This document shows, piece after piece, positions 57,241 through 64,000 of a stretch of DNA of 64,000 bases. Every line of letters starts with the position of its first letter. Positions within the stretch are counted from its first letter, which is position 1. The DNA lies in IMG/VR virus record IMGVR_UViG_3300049472_000168, positions 1-64,000 of that record, one strand, 5' to 3'. Origin of the DNA: a virus. Lineage: Duplodnaviria; Caudoviricetes. The notes beneath the pieces are model-generated. The model saw only the letters and a program-made list of their open reading frames with translations, had not been told where the DNA came from and did not search any database. The translations under genes were made by a program, and so were the position numbers.

Positions 57241-58125
57241 ATGAAGTTGAACAAAACTCAAATGGATCAGTTGCTGGCTCAGGTAACTGATGATATTGCC
57301 GAACTGCTGAAGTCGGAAGACCTCAGCAAGGCGGACCCCGGTGAGCAGGCTCCTGCGGAGGAAACTCCGGAAGGCAGCTCTGCTGAGCCTCAGGCTCCGG
57401 GTCCCGAGGCGTCGGCCTCGCCCGAAGACGACGGTCAGATTCCTCCTGGTTCTCCTGAAGGACCCGAGGCTTCTCCCGAAGGCCAAGATGCACCCCAAGA
57501 CCCGAGTACGGAACAACAGGTAACTCCTGAAGTTCTCCAGGCCGAATACGCCAAGCTCGATGTTGAGGAACTCAAGATGCACTTCCTGGCTGCTAAGGCA
57601 GCTTTGGCTCAGGCTCTTGGTGGTCAAGATCCTGAGCAAGGCCAAGCTCCTGCTCCTGGTCCCGAGGCATCGGCCCCGGCTCCCGGTCCGGAAGCTTCTG
57701 CTGGCCCCCCGCAAGGGGACCCAATGATGGGCAAGAAGGAGTTCGGTGGTGAAGGTAACGGAGGCAAAATCTCCAAAGCCGAATCCATCGAGCGAGATCT
57801 AAAGGAGCTGAAGAAATCACTTACTGACAAGGACCTCACCATCGCAACGATGGAGGAACAGCTCGGTAAATTGGTGGAAGGGTTCCAGAAGATCTTGACC
57901 CAGCCCATGCGTAAGGCGGTGACATCGGTACAATCGATGCAGTTCGTCGGTAAGCCTGGTTCTGAGACCAATCCTATCCAAGGATTGTCGAAGGCCGAAA
58001 TCATTCAGAAACTCAACGAGGCTACACGCTCGGACACTTTGACGAAGTCTGATAGGGATCTCATCAATAAGTTCGTGGTCTCGGGTAACGTGCCGGTAGA
58101 AGCCGTCGCGAAATTTTGCAAGTAA
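57241..58125 (+). CDS. Capsid scaffolding protein
   Basis: AGGAGG RBS; acidic/Pro-rich plus coiled coil; many LxKS/LxKA motifs; precedes capsid gene. Confidence 0.7.
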   Translation: MKLNKTQMDQLLAQVTDDIAELLKSEDLSKADPGEQAPAEETPEGSSAEPQAPGPEASASPEDDGQIPPGSPEGPEASPEGQDAPQDPSTEQQVTPEVLQAEYAKLDVEELKMHFLAAKAALAQALGGQDPEQGQAPAPGPEASAPAPGPEASAGPPQGDPMMGKKEFGGEGNGGKISKAESIERDLKELKKSLTDKDLTIATMEEQLGKLVEGFQKILTQPMRKAVTSVQSMQFVGKPGSETNPIQGLSKAEIIQKLNEATRSDTLTKSDRDLINKFVVSGNVPVEAVAKFCK

Positions 58126-58146
58126 TTTTAGGAGAAAGTAATTAAA

Positions 58147-59544
58147 ATGTCAACACTAGATTCGGTTCAGGCTCTTATTAAAGCATTGGAGGCAGGCAGC
58201 TATGATGCCGCTCCCGGTACGCTGACTCAAGGCTCAGCTCTTCAGATCGAGGATCTCAGCTCGGTGATGAATAACGTCACCTTCGAGAATTCTCACATCA
58301 AGCTCCAAAAGCTGGTGTCTGTGGAGTCCTGCAAGTCTACGACTGCCCAATTCACTCGTCAGTTGTCGTACGGCATCACTGGTGGTTCCGCACAGCTTGA
58401 GGGCAACATCGGTCAGGAAGAGACTTCGGATTACGTCCGTTGTACTGTTCCGATGTCGTTCTACAGCCACGCTCGTAGAGTCACGGTGGCATCGACGATG
58501 GTCGCAACGGTGGACGGCAAGAAGTCGGATGAGCGGGCTGCTGCTGACGCTGCCCTGAAGCTGGCTGCTGATATCGAGAATGATATCTTCCGTGGCCTCG
58601 ACGACTACTCTAATGCTGGCGTCTTCGATGGCAATCCGATGATTGTTCCTTCGATGCCGAATATCCATGGCCTCGGCCTCCAGGTCCGTCAGTCGGACTT
58701 CCAGGTCAACGCACGGGATCGCATGTTCGCTGAATACGGCTCTGATGAGTCCGTGGTTCTCAGCGGCGGTGGTGTTGCTCTGACGCAGGACAAGATCGAG
58801 GACGGCGCTCTGCGCTCGGCCCTGAACTTTGGTAATGCCGAAAAGCTCATCGTGGATCCGGTCGTGTTGGCTGCGTACAACAAGATCACGTTCGGCAAAG
58901 AGCGTATCGTGTTGGCTGGTTCGGCACAGGATGCAACTGGTGGCACCCTGCGTAAGCAGTGGGTCAGCGGTGGCACCGTGACGCTTGAGGCCTCGCAGTT
59001 CTTGCGAGGCAAGTACAAGCCCGCCCCAGCTCGCCCCAATGGTCCTGGCGCCCCGACAATCGCTGCTGCCAACGCTGTTGGTGGTGCGCTTCCTGCTGGT
59101 GTATATACCTACTACGTCTCAGCCTTCAACGAGGTTGGTGAGTCGGTGGGTTCGCCCAGCGGTTCGGCAACGGCATCGCTGAACGACAAGATCACGCTGA
59201 CGATTACGCACAGCGGTTCTGGCACCACGGCTCGTGGCTTCAATGTCTATCGCTCGGCAGCGGGTGGTACGGCGGCATCGGCCAAGTTCATTGGTCGCTG
59301 CGCCATTACGCCGAACTCGGCTACCACGTTGTTCGTCGATCTTGGCAACAAGACCCCGGCATTCAGCACTGGCTACTTCGTCCAGCCCGATACGATGGAG
59401 TTCCGAGAACTCGCACCGTACAGCCGGATCAAGTTGGCAACGACTGACCTCAGCACCCCTGAAGGTCACTTCCGGTTCACCTGCTTGGCTGTGACCCAGC
59501 CCCGCAAGAACGTCTTGATCGATAACCTCAAAGGTACGATCTAA
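58147..59544 (+). CDS. Major capsid protein with inserted FN3/Ig-like segment
   Basis: KALEAG..GSALQIEDL N-terminus (SPO1/Herelle-like), IE..IF.G, L.ELAP; YTYYVSAFNEVGES..FNVYRS insert. Confidence 0.88.
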   Translation: MSTLDSVQALIKALEAGSYDAAPGTLTQGSALQIEDLSSVMNNVTFENSHIKLQKLVSVESCKSTTAQFTRQLSYGITGGSAQLEGNIGQEETSDYVRCTVPMSFYSHARRVTVASTMVATVDGKKSDERAAADAALKLAADIENDIFRGLDDYSNAGVFDGNPMIVPSMPNIHGLGLQVRQSDFQVNARDRMFAEYGSDESVVLSGGGVALTQDKIEDGALRSALNFGNAEKLIVDPVVLAAYNKITFGKERIVLAGSAQDATGGTLRKQWVSGGTVTLEASQFLRGKYKPAPARPNGPGAPTIAAANAVGGALPAGVYTYYVSAFNEVGESVGSPSGSATASLNDKITLTITHSGSGTTARGFNVYRSAAGGTAASAKFIGRCAITPNSATTLFVDLGNKTPAFSTGYFVQPDTMEFRELAPYSRIKLATTDLSTPEGHFRFTCLAVTQPRKNVLIDNLKGTI

Positions 59545-59574
59545 TTAGCCTAGACTGAGAGGCTTCGGTCTCGG

Positions 59575-59610
59575 AACCCCGTAGTGGCTCCTCTCCACTG
59601 CGGGGTTTTT
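59575..59610. terminator. Rho-independent terminator after the capsid gene
   Basis: AACCCCGTAGTGG-loop-CCACTGCGGGGTT followed by T-run, between convergent genes. Confidence 0.8.
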
Positions 59611-59929
59611 ATTTTTGCTCTACACCGGAAACCTTACTCAATCGCTCCTGCAATTCGCGGCGTTCAGCGAGCAGGGCAGGTAGGGCGTTGATTGCTAGTT
59701 TTATAAATTCCCGGTCTACTTCACATGGGTGAATGCCTTTGCCGATGGTGCTTACGCATAATATTTCAACGCCGCCGTCATACTGTAAATAAGTCTCCCC
59801 GTTGAGAATAGCCCAATCAACAGGGAGCCTTGGGACGCATTGCAGCATGTTTTCTAGCTCAGCCACAATTTCATCGATGTCATTCACGACCCCTCCGCGT
59901 CCGAAGGCTGGGTAGGGCACGAGTTGCAT
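59609..59929 (-). CDS. Hypothetical protein (start uncertain)
   Basis: D.EFI.LA.NALPALLAE pattern common in phage proteins. Confidence 0.55.
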   Translation of the reverse strand: MQLVPYPAFGRGGVVNDIDEIVAELENMLQCVPRLPVDWAILNGETYLQYDGGVEILCVSTIGKGIHPCEVDREFIKLAINALPALLAERRELQERLSKVSGVEQK

Positions 59930-60381
59930 CGATCCTGCTCTTTGGATCTGAACTCCTCAGCCAATTGTTGCAATCTGCTAGGTGGCAGTATTTCGGGGAA
60001 CTCTCTGAATCCCGGAAGGTCCTCCATCGCCCTGAGGCCGTCATAAATTTCTCTTGAATCGATTAGATCAAATCCGGTTCGGCTCCGGAAGCTACGGATG
60101 AAGTCTAGAGATCTGCCGTTGCGAACGGCTTCCATCTCATCTGGTGTCATTTCTCCTGCGAGCCCGATGCCGATCTTTTTTCGGCGTCTTGTCTCTGCGA
60201 TAGACTCCAGGATACTGTGATCATAACATACATGATATGCTTGCTTCTGGACTTCCTCCAAAGGAGCCCAGCCTTCACCTAGAGTCTTTTCACCGATCCC
60301 ACTCTTGGTGAGCTGTGACGCAACCCAATAGACTCGCTCTGGGTCGCGATCTTCAAAATGAATTTCAATTTTGTAAGGCAT
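59884..60381 (-). CDS. Hypothetical; N-terminus paralogous to 60384..60602
   Basis: MPYKIEI.F..R..WVAS.LTK..TLG.G..C.DHS shared. Confidence 0.6.
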   Translation of the reverse strand: MPYKIEIHFEDRDPERVYWVASQLTKSGIGEKTLGEGWAPLEEVQKQAYHVCYDHSILESIAETRRRKKIGIGLAGEMTPDEMEAVRNGRSLDFIRSFRSRTGFDLIDSREIYDGLRAMEDLPGFREFPEILPPSRLQQLAEEFRSKEQDRCNSCPTQPSDAEGS

Positions 60382-60383
60382 CG

Positions 60384-60602
60384 TTACTTCCCTTCTTCTT
60401 TCATTTTTGGTCTCATTGAGAGACTGTGGTCCCAACACAGAAAAGTAGCCTCCGTATGTGCTTTTTCAGCAGAGTCTGCGAAGCCTTGCCCCAGAGTCTG
60501 CGAAGCCTTGCCCCAGAGTCTTTTGGTGAGATGTGACGCAACCCAGGAGATTCGGTCTGAACCAAAAGAGTCAAAACAGATTTCAATTTTGTAAGGCATC
60601 AT
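60384..60602 (-). CDS. Hypothetical, tandem paralog
   Basis: As above; AAGGA RBS. Confidence 0.6.
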   Translation of the reverse strand: MMPYKIEICFDSFGSDRISWVASHLTKRLWGKASQTLGQGFADSAEKAHTEATFLCWDHSLSMRPKMKEEGK

Positions 60603-60640
60603 TTCCTTCTTTCCTTTTATGTGTGATTTGCCATAAATAA

Positions 60641-60669
60641 ACAATATCGGATTTAATCGTAGTTGTCAA
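60641..60669 (-). promoter_or_regulatory. sigma70-type early promoter
   Basis: TTGACA-17-TATTGT. Confidence 0.65.
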
Positions 60670-60699
60670 ACACTAAATCTCGGAGTAATCTTAGGCTAT

Positions 60700-60918
60700 A
60701 TGGGTATCCTCCAAGAAGATTCCAAGTTCCGAGACCTAGTCCAAGCCAATAGCCTGAAGTTAATCCAGAAGGCGATGGACGATGCCGAGGGGCTTTCTGC
60801 AGTGGCTGTAGTTTCGCTCGTTGTAGCAGCAGGCAGGGCCGTAGGAATGGCGAATCATCCCGTTGCAGCAGCGATTGAATTGTTTTGCTCCCAATACCTA
60901 AGGGGTGGTAGAATCTGA
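60700..60918 (+). CDS. Hypothetical protein
   Basis: AATCTT motif 7 nt upstream. Confidence 0.5.
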   Translation: MGILQEDSKFRDLVQANSLKLIQKAMDDAEGLSAVAVVSLVVAAGRAVGMANHPVAAAIELFCSQYLRGGRI

Positions 60919-60966
60919 AGATATTGAAGTGGACCCAAATCCAGACCCACCAGACAAAGGGAATTA

Positions 60967-61527
60967 GTGAATCGTATCTTCGTTTGTAGCCAGCTCAGAG
61001 GAAGTCCTGCTAACCCAGGATATGCCGAAAAATATTGCAGGTATGTTGTCGAGAAAGGCGGAGCCGCTTTTGCCCCTCACCTGTTGTATCCTAGGTTCCT
61101 GGATGATTCCGATGCAGACCACAGAGCCAAGGGGATAGCGGCCGGAATCAGCTTTCTCTCGGTTTGCGACGAGGTCTGGGTATTTGTCAGGAATCGGACG
61201 ATTTCTGATGGAATGCAGCAGGAGATTGATATCGCAATTATGCAGGGGATTCCGATCAGATGGTTTGCTGTTGAGGGCGATGTAATCGCAGAACTCAAAC
61301 ATCTGCCTCCAGACGAGGTCCCCGAGGCCCAGATGTTGGCATTTCCTCAACAGTTCTCTGACCTGACCCAGAAGACCTTTGCGTCTATGGTGGCAAAGCT
61401 GAAGGCTGGTGATATCTTTTACGAGGACCTCGAAGACGAACTGGACCAAGTCTTAGGTACGATGAAAACAAGAGACAAAGACCTAGAAGAGGAATGGACA
61501 AATGGAAGAACTCCTGATATTGACTGA
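60967..61527 (+). CDS. Nucleoside deoxyribosyltransferase-like (DUF4406-like) protein
   Basis: IFVCS..G, APHL.YP.FLDD, CDEVWVF..IS.GM..EI..A..GIPI. Confidence 0.65.
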   Translation: MNRIFVCSQLRGSPANPGYAEKYCRYVVEKGGAAFAPHLLYPRFLDDSDADHRAKGIAAGISFLSVCDEVWVFVRNRTISDGMQQEIDIAIMQGIPIRWFAVEGDVIAELKHLPPDEVPEAQMLAFPQQFSDLTQKTFASMVAKLKAGDIFYEDLEDELDQVLGTMKTRDKDLEEEWTNGRTPDID

Positions 61528-61780
61528 AACCTGTAAATCGGCTGGAATCTCAGGAACCAGTCTTACCGATGCCAGACTGAACCTTGTTCTCGATAAAATA
61601 GAACAGAACCTGGCCTCAGAGGCTGTAGAGATTCTGTCAGCTATCGGACTCGAAGAGATCAAGGGAGCCTCCTACCGTATGCTGTATCTGGTGTCTGAGG
61701 CTCTCCTGGACTCTGGGATCGTGTCGGATTCCGGGGTTGATCTGACTCAGATCTATGGGGTGAACGGTGTCAATAATTGA
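61502..61780 (+). CDS. Hypothetical protein
   Basis: Packed ORF. Confidence 0.5.
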   Translation: MEELLILTETCKSAGISGTSLTDARLNLVLDKIEQNLASEAVEILSAIGLEEIKGASYRMLYLVSEALLDSGIVSDSGVDLTQIYGVNGVNN

Positions 61781-62030
61781 AGAGGAACAGATGAAGTACA
61801 AAATCAAAGACTGGCTCAGTATCTACACCTTGATGTCATTTTGCTGTGTGGTCGGAGGTACCTTTAATCTGGCCTTTCTACTAGAACTCTGGCGAATGAT
61901 TGATGGTCCCTCCGCATTTGTTATTGCAGGGGCTGCTGTCGTATTTTTTCTAGCCGGATTCCTCAATTTTAAATCAGCAGAACTCCTAGCACAGGCTAAC
62001 AGATGTGCTAGGTCCTGGCCTGGATATTAG
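61767..62030 (+). CDS. Two-TM membrane protein
   Basis: Two hydrophobic segments; start may be the internal ATG. Confidence 0.5.
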   Translation: MSIIEEEQMKYKIKDWLSIYTLMSFCCVVGGTFNLAFLLELWRMIDGPSAFVIAGAAVVFFLAGFLNFKSAELLAQANRCARSWPGY

Positions 62031-62064
62031 GATTCGTCCTAATCTTTAGGTCCGGAGGCCTCCA

Positions 62065-62472
62065 TTGATTACTGCTAGGATTCTGGATTCTGTTCTTTCT
62101 GTAAATAGCTACGACCCTGTCGTTGCCAAATCGGCAACTTCTGGGGATGCCTTCGATGTCTACTTCCAGCTCGTTGACAATTCCAAACACAAGGCCACTC
62201 ACGGCTACTATCCAGAAGGTCTCAGGTATATCCCAGCCACTGGGGCCAGTGTCGAGGTCACGGTTCTGAATCTTGACTCGTCTCGTCAATTTGTAAGGGC
62301 GGCGACGCAACCATTTTCCCAGGATGCTTCGATCTGGAAGATCAGTATTCTCTCCACAGACCCTGTGGCCGGTACCGTCAGCCTCAAAATCAAACTGACC
62401 GAATCTGGCCAGACCAAGACTTTTATCCTGAACGGTGCGTTAAGGCTGGATGGTATCCAGGAGACCTGCTAA
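62065..62472 (+). CDS. Virion structural protein (Ig-like)
   Basis: GGAGG RBS with TTG start; AATCTT upstream; beta-rich. Confidence 0.55.
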   Translation: MITARILDSVLSVNSYDPVVAKSATSGDAFDVYFQLVDNSKHKATHGYYPEGLRYIPATGASVEVTVLNLDSSRQFVRAATQPFSQDASIWKISILSTDPVAGTVSLKIKLTESGQTKTFILNGALRLDGIQETC

Positions 62473-63315
62473 ATGGGAGACTACTCCAAAACAAAATCAG
62501 GGCTAGGAGCCCAGATTCCTGATGGAGCCGTTGAGACCTCCTGGGATGACTGCGGCCCTCTGATTACCCCAGAGGAAGTCCGCAGGATTCATCTCTGGGG
62601 CATCCCCTTGGTTTCTGCTATCAAAAATCCGATGACGGGTAAGGCCGATGTCATGGATGACGGCCTGTTGAGTCGTTTTATTGAGGAAGCCGTGTCTCTG
62701 GCTGAGATGGAGGCCCATATCGAGATCTTTCCTAGGATCCACGACGAGCGTCATCCCTATGACCAGAAGGCGATGGATAGTTTCGGTTACATGGTTGTGA
62801 GACATCGCCCTGTCCAGTCTATCGAAAAGCTTAGCATCACGTCGTCCGACAACGTCCATATCTGGGATGTTCCTCTGGCCTGGGTCGATACCGGATATCT
62901 ACATCAGGGTCAAATCCAAATGATGCCTTTTGCTGTTGGTACCCAAAGTGGTGGTACGATCCCAATTATCTCTCCTACGGGCCAAGGCCTGTTGCCGTCT
63001 CTGTTCCGATTTAATTGGGTCCCTGGACTCTGGAATGTCAGCTATACCACGGGATTCAGGAATGGGTCGATTCCTAAGATCGTGAATCATTTGATCGGGG
63101 TCGTCGCCGCCATGGAAACGCTATCCATGCTGGCTACAACCTATGCCAGGTCTCAGTCCAGCTCTCTGGGTATTGATGGTCTCTCTCAGTCCATTTCGAC
63201 TCCTGGACCCCAGCTATTCGACACCCGCCTAGGTGTCCTGGCTGAGAAGCGTAAATGGTTGATCAGAAAAATCCAGAGGACCTGTGGTCTAGGATTCTGG
63301 TCGGATAACGTCTAA
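62473..63315 (+). CDS. Neck / head-tail adaptor protein
   Basis: I..A.S..E....[23 protein letters not shown]. Confidence 0.7.
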   Translation: MGDYSKTKSGLGAQIPDGAVETSWDDCGPLITPEEVRRIHLWGIPLVSAIKNPMTGKADVMDDGLLSRFIEEAVSLAEMEAHIEIFPRIHDERHPYDQKAMDSFGYMVVRHRPVQSIEKLSITSSDNVHIWDVPLAWVDTGYLHQGQIQMMPFAVGTQSGGTIPIISPTGQGLLPSLFRFNWVPGLWNVSYTTGFRNGSIPKIVNHLIGVVAAMETLSMLATTYARSQSSSLGIDGLSQSISTPGPQLFDTRLGVLAEKRKWLIRKIQRTCGLGFWSDNV

Positions 63316-63316
63316 G

Positions 63317-64000
63317 ATGCGAGAAGTAGCTCTAATCCAGGTCCACGACTCCAAGGGTCGTTTGCTACTCGGCAAGAGGCGAGATGTAGGCAAGTGGACT
63401 TTGCCGGGTGGCCACATGGAGCCAGGAGAAACCCCGGAGCAAGGTGCTAGAAGGGAACTCAAAGAGGAAACTGGGCTAACCCCAGAGTCTTTGACCTTTC
63501 ATCGTACTGTTCAAGGTAACGACGTAATTCTGCACTGTTTCACTGCGCTATGCTTCGGAACTCCTAGTTCCCATCTAGATCCTGATCAAGAGGTATCGAA
63601 GTGGGAATGGATCGATATTGGTGATGGCATCCCGGTTAAGATCTGGGACAACCTCCACGGCCCCAAAGGTGACGAGAACGTCGTCAGACAGATGTTTGAG
63701 GCCGAAGATCTACATAAGGCTGAGCCCGGTGTCTGGTGGCACGGCACCCCTAGTGGAGAACTAGTGGGGTCCCACTACGGGCTACATGTAGGAACCCAAG
63801 AAGCAGCACGCCAAGCTCTAACTGCCAAAATAGGGCACCCTGTTGAAGGCAGTTGGGATGGCACCAGGACACATAAGGATACCCTTCTAGCCGGTCAAAA
63901 TACATTAAAAGCTAGAGGAATCTTCCCGACTGGATATAACTGTCGTGCTCCTGACTTCGATTTTTATTCACATCAGCATCCCGAAGGTGCTCCGACTTTT
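63317..64000 (+). CDS. Partial multidomain protein: Nudix hydrolase followed by ART-like domain
   Basis: Absent from ORF track (no stop before window end); own translation gives [26 protein letters not shown], then LHKAE..WWHGT..GLHVGT..AA. Confidence 0.8.
   Translation, partial: MREVALIQVHDSKGRLLLGKRRDVGKWTLPGGHMEPGETPEQGARRELKEETGLTPESLTFHRTVQGNDVILHCFTALCFGTPSSHLDPDQEVSKWEWIDIGDGIPVKIWDNLHGPKGDENVVRQMFEAEDLHKAEPGVWWHGTPSGELVGSHYGLHVGTQEAARQALTAKIGHPVEGSWDGTRTHKDTLLAGQNTLKARGIFPTGYNCRAPDFDFYSHQHPEGAPTF

Noticed and set aside
56728-57714. 328-aa minus-strand ORF and similar long antisense ORFs (53341..53982, 23002..23664)
   Set aside because: Shadow frames of strongly biased real genes on the opposite strand
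1-64000. Stop-codon reassignment
   Set aside because: Core genes are full length in the standard code with dense packing

Overview
64 kb segment of a large lytic tailed dsDNA phage with a SPO1/Herelle-like head module; the host cannot be determined from sequence. Layout: end of a late + strand block (Gly-rich fibre, M15 endolysin; 1-1.2 kb); a ~35 kb minus-strand early/replication block (5'-3' exonuclease, dUTPase, PLP aminotransferase, ClpP, DNA methylase, DnaB, primase, Ro60/TROVE, RecA, SSB, split DnaE, class II RNR, Rad50, GroEL); an iteron-like repeat array at the strand switch (~36.7-36.9 kb); then a + strand block (initiator-like proteins, helicase, dNMP kinase, sigma factor, GroES-like, Mre11, terminase, portal, prohead protease, scaffold, capsid, neck). 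Highlights: (1) Ro60 is preceded by a promoter-driven array of structured RNAs: three tRNA-shaped RNAs with a shared Y-RNA-like module (including UUAUC) in place of the anticodon loop, plus a free-standing copy of that module in the opposite permutation. (2) A 1240-aa prohead-protease polyprotein carries HhH-glycosylase-like and GGDEF cargo domains separated by LxK(S/A) motifs. (3) A catalytically degenerate protease paralog sits in the early region. (4) DnaE is split in two and joined by non-catalytic split-intein remnants. (5) An Acb2/Tad1-like fusion protein. (6) A second ncRNA cluster at 18.8-19.0 kb. (7) A candidate AATCTT late promoter. All family calls are by visual motif recognition, not database search.
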